Of a stretch of DNA of 64,000 nt, positions 1-9,792 are shown piece by piece; position 1 is the stretch's first letter; every line of letters begins with the position of its first letter. The notes below the pieces were generated by a model. The model was not told the origin of the DNA. It saw nothing but the letters and a program-made list of their open reading frames with translations, and searched no databases. The translations under genes were made by a program, and so were the position numbers. The DNA is from Alkalispirochaeta sp. (GTDB taxonomy: Bacteria; Spirochaetota; Spirochaetia; DSM-27196; Alkalispirochaetaceae). Where the stretch lies: positions 256,001-320,000 of the forward strand of contig OZ271854.1 in the NCBI GenBank assembly GCA_965601925.1, given 5' to 3'.

Positions 1-93
1 TCGCGGCCTGAGCCGACCGGGGGACACACCGCCTCGATTGACAGCTCGATCGATCCCGACTACCATAGTCGAACAATCCCCGGAAGGAAACAC

Positions 94-1068
94 ATGGCAG
101 ATCTGCGCGTACGGTACATGGGTCTTGAGCTGGCCAATCCGCTCGTCGTGTCAAGCTCGAGTCTCACCAACACGGTCGACAAAGTCAAACAGTGCGAGAC
201 CGCCGGCGCCGGCGCAGTCGTGCTGAAATCGCTTTTTGAAGAAGAGATTCAAGCCGAAATCGACGCCAGCGCGTCGGGTGCCGAGCACACCGAGGCGGCC
301 GACTACATCAGGGAGATCCAGACCGAGGCCGGGCTCCGACGCTACACCTCGCTCATTCGGGACAGCAAGGCGACGGTGCGAATACCGGTGATCGCCAGCA
401 TCAACGCGGTGAGCCGCGACTGGTGGGAAGAACACGTTCCGGCGCTCGAGGAGGCGGGAGCCGATGCGATCGAGCTAAATATCTCTCTCATGCCGTACGA
501 CTACAAGGACGACGACGATGAAGTCACCGAGTTCTACGTACGGACCGTCGAGGCGATAAAAGGGCTGGTCTCGATCCCGATCGCCGTCAAGATAGGCCAC
601 TACTTTTCATCGATTCCGACGATGGTCGATCGACTGCGTTGGGCGGGCGCGGCGGCGGTGGTGCTCTTCAACCGTTTTTATCAACTCGACATCGATATTG
701 AGGCGATGCGCCTGCGCTCCGGCTCGCCCATGTCGAGCCCGGCGGATCTTGCGTTTCCGCTCCGCTGGATCACCCTGATCTACGGCAGCACCGAGGCTCA
801 GTTGGCCGCTTCAAGCGGGGTCCACTCGGGGGGCGACGCGGTAAAGGCGCTTTTGGCCGGAGCGCACGTCGTGCAAGTCTGCTCGGCGTTGTACAAACAC
901 GGCGTCGAGCACCTCTCGCCCATGCGCGATGAGGTGGCCTCGTGGATGGATCGGCACAGTTTTGCGACGATCGAGCAGTTTCGCGGCAAATTGAGCCGAA
1001 CACGAAGTGAGACGCCCGACAGCTACGAGCGGCTCCAATACATCAAGGCTCTCGTCGGTCAAGAGTAG
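94..1068 (+). CDS. Dihydroorotate dehydrogenase-like FMN protein
   Basis: YMGLELANPLVVSSS, GAGAVVLKSLFEE, PVIASIN, ELNIS, AVKIG, LFNRFYQLDID, SGVHSGGDAVKALLAGA motifs; lacks the SCPN catalytic Cys. Confidence 0.85.
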   Translation: MADLRVRYMGLELANPLVVSSSSLTNTVDKVKQCETAGAGAVVLKSLFEEEIQAEIDASASGAEHTEAADYIREIQTEAGLRRYTSLIRDSKATVRIPVIASINAVSRDWWEEHVPALEEAGADAIELNISLMPYDYKDDDDEVTEFYVRTVEAIKGLVSIPIAVKIGHYFSSIPTMVDRLRWAGAAAVVLFNRFYQLDIDIEAMRLRSGSPMSSPADLAFPLRWITLIYGSTEAQLAASSGVHSGGDAVKALLAGAHVVQVCSALYKHGVEHLSPMRDEVASWMDRHSFATIEQFRGKLSRTRSETPDSYERLQYIKALVGQE

Positions 1069-1181
1069 CGGCGCGGCCCGTGACGTCGAACGCACTCACG
1101 TCGGGCCGCGTATTCGCCGGTGGGTGACACAGGGTGCCTTTGGTGATGGAACAAGCGCACGTGATATAGGTACGGTGATTC

Positions 1182-1712
1182 ATGCAAAAAATCCGCGTTC
1201 GTATTGATACGTTGATTCCTCAGCTCGGAAAGATCCAACTCTTTCGATATCTACCGGAGAAATCGGTCCGTAGGCTCCTCGACTGCTCGTCGTTCGCCGA
1301 GTGCAGCGACGGGGAACGCTTCATCACCGAACATTCCGTGGAGTCGAGCGTATATGTGATCTTGTCCGGTTCGTGCGCCGTTATGGTCGACCGTGACGGA
1401 CGAGAGGCGTACGTCGCGACCCTCGGCCCGGGACAGGTCGTCGGGGAGGCGGCGATCTTCGCCAACTTACCGAGGACGGCGAGCGTCGTCTCGCAGGGAG
1501 AGAGTCGTCTGATGTGCTTCGAACGCGACGCGTTCCTGGACGTCTTGCGCGACGAGCCCGAGGCGGGAGTTCGCATCCTCTTTGTCATGGTGCACAATCT
1601 TCTCGGCAAGTTGCGCGAGGTGAACCTCGAACTCGCCTTTGAGCGCAAAGACGATGCAAGCCAGGACGACGTAGACGATCTCATCGCCTCGCTCACTCAA
1701 GGCGCGGGATAG
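1182..1712 (+). CDS. Stand-alone cyclic nucleotide-binding domain protein (Crp-like, no HTH)
   Basis: YVILSG and intact phosphate-binding cassette GEAAIFANLPRTASV; short acidic C-terminus. Confidence 0.85.
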   Translation: MQKIRVRIDTLIPQLGKIQLFRYLPEKSVRRLLDCSSFAECSDGERFITEHSVESSVYVILSGSCAVMVDRDGREAYVATLGPGQVVGEAAIFANLPRTASVVSQGESRLMCFERDAFLDVLRDEPEAGVRILFVMVHNLLGKLREVNLELAFERKDDASQDDVDDLIASLTQGAG

Positions 1713-1817
1713 CACTCTCCCAAAGGACCGCTACCGAGGCGAGGACGCGTTTCAGGCCGCCGTCCGATGTCGCACGACGGGCGGCAAACACGCTCCGAGG
1801 CGCGCCTCAATCGGCAC

Positions 1818-2390
1818 CTACACGAGACCTGCAAAGCCCCCGAACGCGAGCGCGAGAAGCCCCGCGGTGACCAGCGCGATCGGGGCGCCCTTCATCGCTT
1901 TGGGAATGTCCACCAGATCCATCCGTTCCCTGAGACCCGCAAATATGTACAGCGCGAACATGAATCCAATGCTGCTCCCGATTGCGAAGACGACTCCTTC
2001 ACCGAGGGTGTACTGTCGAGTAACGACCAGGATCGCGACGCCGAGAATGGCACAGTTGGTCGTGATAAGGGGTAAAAAGACGCCCAGGGCCTGGTAGAGC
2101 GCCGGACTCACCTTCTTGAGTACGATCTCAACGAGTTGTACAAGGGACGCGATAATGAGGATGAACGCGACGGTCTGCAAAAAGGTCAGCCCCAAGGGTA
2201 CGAGTATCAGGTGCTGTACCAAGTGCGTCGCGATCGTCGCCATCGTCATGACGAAGATGACCGCCATACCCATGCCGACCGCGGTCGACAGTCGGCTACT
2301 CACACCCAAAAAGGGACAGATCCCGAGAAACTGGGAGAGGACAATGTTGTTCACCAGTACGGCGCTTACGATGATAACTACATACTCCAT
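1818..2390 (-). CDS. rnfA: Rnf complex subunit A
   Basis: LVNNIVLSQFLGICPFLGVS and FLPLITTNCAILG; hydrophobic; operon context. Confidence 0.95.
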   Translation of the reverse strand: MEYVVIIVSAVLVNNIVLSQFLGICPFLGVSSRLSTAVGMGMAVIFVMTMATIATHLVQHLILVPLGLTFLQTVAFILIIASLVQLVEIVLKKVSPALYQALGVFLPLITTNCAILGVAILVVTRQYTLGEGVVFAIGSSIGFMFALYIFAGLRERMDLVDIPKAMKGAPIALVTAGLLALAFGGFAGLV

Positions 2391-2394
2391 CAGT

Positions 2395-3081
2395 CTACAC
2401 CCCCGTCGTGGTATTGATCGTCCCGGCGACGATTGCCGCCGAGGCGGCCTTGCGTGAGCGTGAGCGCCGTTCCGCCGCCGCCTCGGCGCGGTCGCGTACG
2501 CTATTCACCGCCGCAATCAGGAATCCAAGGGCGATAAATGCACCGGGAGGCATGATGAAGATCAGAATCGGATTGTCGGCGAGCCACGGTATAGCGGCAC
2601 CGAAGATCGCACCGGAGCCGAGAATCTCCCGCGCACTCCCCAACAGGGTAAGGGCGAATGAGAACCCGAGCCCCATACTCAATGCATCCACGACCGAGGT
2701 GAGTACGCCGTTTTTGCTCGCAAACGCCTCGGCGCGGCCCAGGATAATACAGTTGACGACAATCAACGGAATGAAGAGCCCCAACTGCGCGTGAAGTGCC
2801 GGGACATAGGCCGCCATCGTCAGATCGATAATGGTCACGAAGCTGGCAATAATCACGATGAAGGCGGGAATGCGCACCTTCTCCGGTATCAGGTTCTTTA
2901 TGAGGGAGATGACGATGTTACTCCCGAGCAACACCGCGGTCGTGGCGAGCCCCATCCCGAGACCGTTCGCGGCGCTCCCGGTGACTCCCAGAGTCGGACA
3001 CATTCCCAAGAGCAACACGAACACCGGGTTCTCCTTGAAAAAACCTTTGACGAACTCTCCCTTGAGCGTCGTCCCGTTCAC
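2395..3081 (-). CDS. rnfE: Rnf complex subunit E
   Basis: [39 protein letters not shown]. Confidence 0.95.
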   Translation of the reverse strand: MNGTTLKGEFVKGFFKENPVFVLLLGMCPTLGVTGSAANGLGMGLATTAVLLGSNIVISLIKNLIPEKVRIPAFIVIIASFVTIIDLTMAAYVPALHAQLGLFIPLIVVNCIILGRAEAFASKNGVLTSVVDALSMGLGFSFALTLLGSAREILGSGAIFGAAIPWLADNPILIFIMPPGAFIALGFLIAAVNSVRDRAEAAAERRSRSRKAASAAIVAGTINTTTGV

Positions 3082-3740
3082 GATTCACCTCCCACCATCA
3101 CTACCGTATCCCGCGCCTCGTTTTGGACGGGGCGCACCTCGACGTCGCCTTCCGACCCGACGCTGTCGGGGACGGACGGCAGGGCGGCGTCCACAGCCTG
3201 CCACGCCCGATTGACCGCCTCGACAAAGGCGCGTGAGCTGATCGTCGCCGCGGTGATCGCATCGACGTGGCCGCCGTCCTGGGTAACCGCGAGCGGCGCG
3301 ACTCCAGGCTGCATCCCGATGAACTGGTCGCGAAAACTCTCCTCGGTCAACTTGGCGCCGAGCCCCGGCGTCTCCACGTGTTGCAATACGGTGCTACCGG
3401 TGATGCGGCCTTCGGAATCGAATCCGACCATAACGGTGAGATCGCCGCCGTATCCGGCGGAAGAGAAACTTTGCACCGCCGTGCCGACCCGCACTCCGTC
3501 CCGCGTCGCCGGATAGAGTTCTACGCCGGGATGGGCCTCCAAGACGATCACGTCCTCGTTCGGCGCATTGTCGAACGGTACGACCACCTCCGCAATCGCG
3601 GCGATCTGGCGCTGACGCGCCTGCTCGTCGAGAATCGGCTTGGTACGGCCGTAGGTAAATGCCAGCGCCGCCGCCGAGATGAGAGCGATCGAGGTCAGCA
3701 CGAAAAACATATTGGAAAGTGTCGACTCGAGTTTCTTCAT
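3078..3740 (-). CDS. rnfG: Rnf complex subunit G (FMN-binding)
   Basis: Start moved to MKKLES at 3740 (overlaps rnfD stop); GYGG, ETPGLG and flavinylation motif [10 protein letters not shown]. Confidence 0.92.
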   Translation of the reverse strand: MKKLESTLSNMFFVLTSIALISAAALAFTYGRTKPILDEQARQRQIAAIAEVVVPFDNAPNEDVIVLEAHPGVELYPATRDGVRVGTAVQSFSSAGYGGDLTVMVGFDSEGRITGSTVLQHVETPGLGAKLTEESFRDQFIGMQPGVAPLAVTQDGGHVDAITAATISSRAFVEAVNRAWQAVDAALPSVPDSVGSEGDVEVRPVQNEARDTVVMVGGES

Positions 3741-4798
3741 GAGGTGCCTCCCGTCGACTTCTGCACAGGTGCGCCGCCACTCCTCGACGCGGCGCGATAG
3801 CCGAACTTGCGCGGTTTGATGTGGCGATCGATCACCGGCACCAAGGCGTTCATGATCAGGATCGAATAACTCGCACCCTCGGGAAATCCTCCGAAGAGCC
3901 GAATCACGCCCGACAACATACCGGCGGCGGCGGCAAACACCATGCGACCGCCTCTTGCCATGGGAGTAGTGGTCATGTCGGTTACCATGAACCAGGCTGC
4001 GAGCATCGCGCCGCCCGCCAGAATATGGTACAGAGGATCGGCGTAGGTCGCAGGATCGACGAGCCACGCAATACCGGTAACGACGGCGAGGCCGGTGAGG
4101 TACAGCGTGGGAACCGCGAGCTGAACGTATCCCTTCCACACCAGATAGAGGCCGCCGATGATCACGGCCAAAGCGCTCGCCTCGCCGATGCACCCGCCGA
4201 TGTTCCCCAAAAAGAGATCGCGGTAGGTGGGCAGCTCATCGGCGACGCGCGCCAGTCCGCCCGCTCCCGCGTCTTTTATCAATCCCAACGGCGTCGCGGC
4301 GGTCACCGCATCGAGATTCCACGCGGCAAACCCGACAGAACGCGGTACGGGCCAACTGGTCATGTCGACCGGGAAGGAGACGAGCATGAACGCCCGTCCG
4401 ACCAGCGCCGGGTTGAACGGATTATTACCGATCCCGCCGAAGGCCATCTTGGCGATACCGACGGCGACGACGGCACCGATTGCGATCTGCCATAGGGGAA
4501 TGGGGGCCGGGACGTTGTAGGCCAAAAGGAGCCCCGTCACTACCGCGGAGCCGTCGGTGACCGATGTCGTCTCGCGACGGAAGAGGTATCGCACTACGAG
4601 GTGTTCCACACCGACGCTCGTTCCTACGGCAACGAGTGCTACTGCGGCGGCGCGGATCCCGTAGAACCACACGCCGGCGATGGTCGTCGGTACAAGTGCC
4701 AAGACGACCGACCACATGATGCGAGCCACCGAAACGTCGCTACGCTCGTGCGGCGGTAAGGCGACCACGAGGGGTCGACCGTTGAATCGCGTACTCAT
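3737..4798 (-). CDS. rnfD: Rnf complex subunit D
   Basis: Start moved to ATG 4798; DGSAVVTGLLLA, FGGIGNNPFNPALVGR, flavinylation motif TAATPL, GCIGE. Confidence 0.93.
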   Translation of the reverse strand: MSTRFNGRPLVVALPPHERSDVSVARIMWSVVLALVPTTIAGVWFYGIRAAAVALVAVGTSVGVEHLVVRYLFRRETTSVTDGSAVVTGLLLAYNVPAPIPLWQIAIGAVVAVGIAKMAFGGIGNNPFNPALVGRAFMLVSFPVDMTSWPVPRSVGFAAWNLDAVTAATPLGLIKDAGAGGLARVADELPTYRDLFLGNIGGCIGEASALAVIIGGLYLVWKGYVQLAVPTLYLTGLAVVTGIAWLVDPATYADPLYHILAGGAMLAAWFMVTDMTTTPMARGGRMVFAAAAGMLSGVIRLFGGFPEGASYSILIMNALVPVIDRHIKPRKFGYRAASRSGGAPVQKSTGGTS

Positions 4799-4808
4799 CG
4801 TATTTCGT

Positions 4809-6200
4809 TTACCTTCCTGCGCGAGCGGCCGCCCGGCTCCGACGAAGCGAAGCCACCTTCGCCTTGCCCAGTCTGATCCAGTCGAGGATCGCTCGATTAG
4901 ACGGACAGGCGAAGCTGCAGCTTCCGCATTCGATGCAATCCATGATGCCCTCACGCTCGGCATCGTCCCAACGTTCCACCTGGACGAGCTTCTCCAACAG
5001 ATACGGTTCCAACCCCATCGGACACGATGCGACGCAGCGGGAACAGCGAATACAGTTATCCACCGCCCGGCGACGCGCCTCGCGCGCATCGAAGAAGATC
5101 AATCCGCCGGACCCTTTTGTGATCGGTACGTCGAAATCGGTGATCGCCCGACCGGTCATCGGTCCACCCATAATCACCTTCTCGGTCCCCTCGGGCATTC
5201 CTCCGGCGGCCTCGACCAACGCGGCGGTCGGCGTCCCGATGCGAACGCGGAAGTTTCCGCCGCCGCCGGAAGCGACCAATCTCTTTCCGGTTACGGTGAC
5301 GATGCGATCGATAAAGGGGCGGTTTTTCTGCACGGCGTCGTACACGGCGATTGCGGTACTGACGTTACTAACCACGCATCCGACGTCGAGGGGAAGTTTG
5401 CCGCTGGGCACCTCGCGACCGGTAGCCGCCTGGATGAGCTGTTTCTCGCCGCCCTGGGGATACTTGGTCTTCAGAGCCAGTACGTCGATCACCCCCTCCG
5501 GTATCTTCCCGGCGCTCTGTTTTTCGGCTACCAGGCGCATCAAGTGGGAGACGGCGTCGGGCTTGTTGGCCTCGACGCCGATCCACGCACGCTCGACGCC
5601 GACGGCGCGCATGAGGATGCGTGTACCGACGATGAGTTCCGCGGCGTGCTCCAGCATCAGACGATGGTCGGCGGTCAAGTACGGCTCGCACTCCACGCCG
5701 TTGATCAGCAACGTATCGACCGAGCGTCCTTTCGGGATCGAATACTTGACCGCGGTGGGAAAGGTGGCGCCGCCGGCACCGACGATTCCCGCTTCGGCGA
5801 TGCTGCCGACGATCTTCTCCCGATCGATCGTGATCTCCTCGTCCACCTCGGAGGTGGTATCGATGCGTTCGTCCCACTCGTCACCGTCCACAGCAATAAT
5901 GACCGCCTGGCGACGGTACCCCTGCGCGTCGATCACCGTATCGATCTTTTTGACCGTGCCGGACACACTCGAGTGCACCGGAGCCGAGATAAATCCGTTC
6001 GCCGCGGCGAGCAGTGTGCCGACCTTTACCGCGCTCCCCCGTTCGACCACGATATCGGCGGGTTTACCGATGTGCTGCGAAACCGGAATCGCCATCTGTG
6101 TCGGCACCGCGAGATCGACGATCGCCTTGTCGGCGGTAAGCTTGTTGTCCGGCGGATGGACCCCACCCACGGCAAACGTTTTGAGTCCCTTTGCGTGCAT
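4809..6200 (-). CDS. rnfC: Rnf complex subunit C
   Basis: Start moved to ATG 6200; QHIG, GAGGATFPT, ECEPYLTADH, YPQGGEKQL, MGGPM, CIRCSRCVASCP and CIECGSCSFACP. Confidence 0.95.
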   Translation of the reverse strand: MHAKGLKTFAVGGVHPPDNKLTADKAIVDLAVPTQMAIPVSQHIGKPADIVVERGSAVKVGTLLAAANGFISAPVHSSVSGTVKKIDTVIDAQGYRRQAVIIAVDGDEWDERIDTTSEVDEEITIDREKIVGSIAEAGIVGAGGATFPTAVKYSIPKGRSVDTLLINGVECEPYLTADHRLMLEHAAELIVGTRILMRAVGVERAWIGVEANKPDAVSHLMRLVAEKQSAGKIPEGVIDVLALKTKYPQGGEKQLIQAATGREVPSGKLPLDVGCVVSNVSTAIAVYDAVQKNRPFIDRIVTVTGKRLVASGGGGNFRVRIGTPTAALVEAAGGMPEGTEKVIMGGPMTGRAITDFDVPITKGSGGLIFFDAREARRRAVDNCIRCSRCVASCPMGLEPYLLEKLVQVERWDDAEREGIMDCIECGSCSFACPSNRAILDWIRLGKAKVASLRRSRAAARAGR

Positions 6201-6223
6201 ATCGCGCTCCTCACTTCTCCGAC

Positions 6224-7102
6224 TCACGTCGCCGCCGGCTCCGCGTCTTTTGTCTTCGGTTTGGGCTTGGGCGGCTCGAAGGTCGCGGCGATCGCCTTGG
6301 TCGGGCAGACCGAGACGCACTGGCCGCAGACGATACACTTGTCGGGGTCGATATATGCGCAGTTGCGTTCGACGGCGATCGCTTGGACGATGGTGTCACA
6401 CTTCTTTTTGCACAGGCCGCAGGCGATACACGCCACCTTGCAGTTCTTTTTGGCCGCCACGGCGGGTTCGGTATTGCGACAGTTGACCCACACGCGGCGA
6501 TTACGACGGCCGAGAGGTCGTACCTCAAAGAGTCCTCGCGGACAAGCGTCGACACACACGCCGCAACTCGTACACTTCTCCCGACTCACCTCGGGCAAAC
6601 CGGTCTCCGTGTTCATGATGATTGCGTCGAACGGACAGGCGACTTCACAATCGCCGTGACCGAGGCATCCGAAGGCGCAGCCGCTCTCTCCGGCGAAGGT
6701 CCCATGTGCGATAACGCAGCTCTTCGGCCCGTCGTAGGCGCTTTTGGCCGGAGCGAGCGTACACGTTCCCCCGCATCGCAACACGGCGACGCTCGCCTTG
6801 GCGCTTCCCACCTCGAGACCGAAGTAGTCGCCGACGCGTCCCATCGTGTCGCTGCCGCCGGGTGGACACGTAAGATGCGAGATGTCCCCGCCGTCGGCCG
6901 CCTCGACCAACGCCGCGGCCAGCCCCGAGCATCCGGGAAACCCGCAGGCCCCGCAGTTGATCCCCGGCAGTATCTCGGCGACGTCGTGCACGCGCGGGTC
7001 CTCCTCTACGGCGAACCTACGGGCAATCGCGTAGAGGATCGCGGCAAACGAAGCCGCGATAATCCCCAAGACGAGCACCGAAAAAAGTATTGTCTGGGTC
7101 AC
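6224..7102 (-). CDS. rnfB: Rnf complex subunit B (polyferredoxin)
   Basis: N-terminal TM helix; LPGINCGACGFPGC; several CxxCxxCxxxCP motifs. Confidence 0.93.
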   Translation of the reverse strand: MTQTILFSVLVLGIIAASFAAILYAIARRFAVEEDPRVHDVAEILPGINCGACGFPGCSGLAAALVEAADGGDISHLTCPPGGSDTMGRVGDYFGLEVGSAKASVAVLRCGGTCTLAPAKSAYDGPKSCVIAHGTFAGESGCAFGCLGHGDCEVACPFDAIIMNTETGLPEVSREKCTSCGVCVDACPRGLFEVRPLGRRNRRVWVNCRNTEPAVAAKKNCKVACIACGLCKKKCDTIVQAIAVERNCAYIDPDKCIVCGQCVSVCPTKAIAATFEPPKPKPKTKDAEPAAT

Positions 7103-7572
7103 GAGATACCTTCCTTGCCGAGCATTGGGCGGGATACGACGCCGAGAGTCGGCGTCGCCTCGAATCGTACGATCCGCGCAAATCGACGGCGCAGTACATA
7201 CAATCCGCCGTAGTACGGTACGAGCGCACCGATACCGACCAGCGCCCCGAGCTCTTCACTTCCGAATATGTTCGCGGTGCCGAAGAGGACCGCAACGACC
7301 AGTATGAGCGGTATCACAAATGCGAACGCGACGCCGAGCCATCCGTACCGTTCCGGCATCGAAATATCGACGCGATCTCCGCTCTTTAGATCGTGACGGT
7401 TCGGCGCTTGTATCAACCGGCGACGTCCATCACCGGCGGCGCAGATGCTCTTCACATGACAGGAGGCGCACGAGCCGAGCTGAACGATCTCTATATCGGC
7501 AACCATCCCGTGTACGGCCGCGACGACTCCCGGCTGAGTAACGAGCCGGCACTGCTTTTGTAAGTGATCCAT
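7099..7572 (-). CDS. rseC: RseC/MucC family (SoxR-reducing system) membrane protein
   Basis: SCASCHVKSIC motif, two C-terminal TM helices, first gene of the rnf operon; ATG 7572 chosen. Confidence 0.8.
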   Translation of the reverse strand: MDHLQKQCRLVTQPGVVAAVHGMVADIEIVQLGSCASCHVKSICAAGDGRRRLIQAPNRHDLKSGDRVDISMPERYGWLGVAFAFVIPLILVVAVLFGTANIFGSEELGALVGIGALVPYYGGLYVLRRRFARIVRFEATPTLGVVSRPMLGKEGIS

Positions 7573-7614
7573 GAATCTGCCCTGTGTGGGATGTATCGCC
7601 TGCAGTATACATGG

Positions 7615-7700
7615 CGGGCATATTTTTTGCAACATTTTTCACGTTAACAGCATTAATGACTAGTAATAAAAACCTTATCTTTCTTATTATATTCCGACGT
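7615..7700. promoter_or_regulatory. AT-rich divergent regulatory region upstream of the rnf operon
   Basis: Strongly AT-rich island between divergent genes; contains Rex-like TTGCAAC-ATTT-TTCACGT at 7627-7644. Confidence 0.5.
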
Positions 7701-7770
7701 GCCGTTATCACGCCCCTCTTCGCCCTGGTGCGCAGTGGTCCAATTGGGGTCGATCGTGTAGGCTCACCGC

Positions 7771-8604
7771 ATGGCAGATACAACTCGCGGAATACGACTC
7801 ATTCCGCTTGCGGCGAAAGGAGCGGCCATCGGCGCCGCCAACACGGTCCCGGGTGTCAGCGGCGGCACGATCGCGGTGGTAACGGGGATCTACGACCGTC
7901 TCATCGAGGCGATCGGAGACTTCATATCGCCGCGTTGGAAGAGTCACCTCGCCTTTCTGGCCCCCGTTTTCGTCGGGATCGTGGCGGGAATCGCCGGATT
8001 TGCCTGGATCATTGAGTTGGGTCTCACCCGCGCCCCTGAGCAGACATTCTTCTTTTTCGCCGGGTTAATTGCCGGGAGCTTGCCGTTTATCGTACGTCAA
8101 CTCCACGGCCATAAGATCCGCGTGCACTACATTCCCGTCGGCGTTGCGGCGTGCGCTTTGATGATCGCCCAGGCGACGCTGGGCGAACCGGCCATGAGCG
8201 AGGCGATTACACGCGTCACATCGACGACGATACTGCCCCTTTTGGGTGCCGGGGCGATCGCCACCGCTACCATGATCATACCCGGCGTCTCGGGCTCCTT
8301 CGTGCTGCTGATAATCGGAATGTACGCTACCTTTCTCCAGGCGGTACGCACCGGCAACATTCCCGTGCTTCTCGTACTTGCCGTCGGCGCCGTAGTCGGG
8401 CTCGTTGCGGTGAGCAAGGCGATGAGTTTCCTCATAAAACGATATCACGCGACGACCTACTGGCTGATTTTGGGCCTGGTCGCCGGTTCTGTCGTCGGTA
8501 TCTGGCCCGGCATCTCCTCGATACCGGCGGCGCTTTTGGACGCCGCCGCCGCCGTACTCGGCGTCGTACTGGCGCTCCTGTTGGGCAAACGCCCGTCTCG
8601 GTAG
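7771..8604 (+). CDS. DUF368 family membrane protein
   Basis: KGAAIGAANTVPGVSGGTIAVVTGIYDRLI and repeated MIIPGVSGSFVLLIIGMY. Confidence 0.9.
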   Translation: MADTTRGIRLIPLAAKGAAIGAANTVPGVSGGTIAVVTGIYDRLIEAIGDFISPRWKSHLAFLAPVFVGIVAGIAGFAWIIELGLTRAPEQTFFFFAGLIAGSLPFIVRQLHGHKIRVHYIPVGVAACALMIAQATLGEPAMSEAITRVTSTTILPLLGAGAIATATMIIPGVSGSFVLLIIGMYATFLQAVRTGNIPVLLVLAVGAVVGLVAVSKAMSFLIKRYHATTYWLILGLVAGSVVGIWPGISSIPAALLDAAAAVLGVVLALLLGKRPSR

Positions 8605-8614
8605 GGGGCCGCCT

Positions 8615-9685
8615 GTGAAGATCGCCCGCAGCGCCCATCCGTCGCTCTCGAACTACGTGGTTCGCACCGCGGGTCTCTGCGGCGGCACCCACGGTAACGA
8701 ACCGACCGGCGTCGCGGCGGTGAATCGTCGGCGCGCGGTGGAGCGCACACCCTCTCCGGGATCGAGCGGGGAGTCGATTCTCCCGGAACCGAGACTGCCG
8801 GAGACGTTTGCCCTCACCCCGCTCATCGCCAATCCTCGCGCGGTAGAGCGCAATCGACGCTACGTCGACTTCGATCTCAATCGCTGCTTCTCCGCCGACT
8901 CGCTCGACGACCGCGAGACGGCGGCGTACGAGCGCCGACGTGCCCAGGTGCTGAACCGGCTGTTCGGACCCAAGGGATCGCCGGTACCGGCCGCCCAGTT
9001 TCTCATCGACCTACACACGACAACGTCAAATCTCGGTCCGACGGTGATTATCCGCGAAGACGGAGCGCTGGCTCGGATCATCGCCGCGGCGACCCGGCGG
9101 GCGATACCGGAGGTGCGAATCCTCAGCTACTTTGCCGAATCGGCGGATCGGGAAGCAGGAGACGCGACTCCTCCTCTGCCGGCCGGGGGCGGGCCGGGAT
9201 CGGCCAACAGAGCCGGAGACTATCCGTATTTGGCGGAGATCACCCCCCACGGAATCGAGGTTGAAGTGGGGCCGACGCCCCAGGGCGTAGTGCGCGCCGA
9301 CGTCCTCATATGGACGGAACGGATCGTCAACGCGATCATTGCGACTATCGATGCCTGGAATCGCGACGAGGAGATAGAGGTAGCGGATACGATCACCGTT
9401 TATCGGTTGGTCGGAGATCTCGACTTTCCGCGCACTGAGGACGGCTCGCTCGCCGGCGCAATCCACCCCGAACGGCAGGATCGCGACTTTGAGCCGCTGC
9501 GGGAGGGCGATCCGCTCTTCGTAGCGTTCGACGGGGAAGAGATACGGTGGACGGGCAACGACGGCGCGCTTCCGGTCTTCATTAACGAGGCGGCCTACTA
9601 CGAGAAACGCGCCGCACTTACCTTGGCACGCGCCGTGGACATCGCTACGGTGTCGGGAGAGTGCATCACACGGCCGAGATCGTAG
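8615..9685 (+). CDS. Aspartoacylase (succinylglutamate desuccinylase/aspartoacylase family)
   Basis: GGTHGNE, DLNRCF, DLHTTTSNLG, EVGP and FINEAAYYEK motifs. Confidence 0.88.
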   Translation: MKIARSAHPSLSNYVVRTAGLCGGTHGNEPTGVAAVNRRRAVERTPSPGSSGESILPEPRLPETFALTPLIANPRAVERNRRYVDFDLNRCFSADSLDDRETAAYERRRAQVLNRLFGPKGSPVPAAQFLIDLHTTTSNLGPTVIIREDGALARIIAAATRRAIPEVRILSYFAESADREAGDATPPLPAGGGPGSANRAGDYPYLAEITPHGIEVEVGPTPQGVVRADVLIWTERIVNAIIATIDAWNRDEEIEVADTITVYRLVGDLDFPRTEDGSLAGAIHPERQDRDFEPLREGDPLFVAFDGEEIRWTGNDGALPVFINEAAYYEKRAALTLARAVDIATVSGECITRPRS

Positions 9686-9792
9686 GGGCAGTCACATCCC
9701 CGTGGGTCCCGGCAACACGACGATTTCAACCTCTCGCCGCCGCCGATCGAACGACACATCCGGTTCCGCAGCGTAGAGCACGATAACCATCC

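Noticed and set aside
94..1068. DHOD lacking its catalytic Cys as a novelty or pseudogene
   Set aside because: The ORF is intact and this is typical of the known DHOD-like subfamily.
3078..6338. Long N-terminal extensions on the rnfG, rnfD and rnfC ORF calls
   Set aside because: They overlap the upstream rnf genes; internal ATGs give normal lengths.
4680..6659. 659-aa and 540-aa plus-strand ORFs, and similar ones such as 62182-63660 and those opposite the giant gene
   Set aside because: Antisense shadows of real genes in high-GC DNA, with no recognisable motifs.
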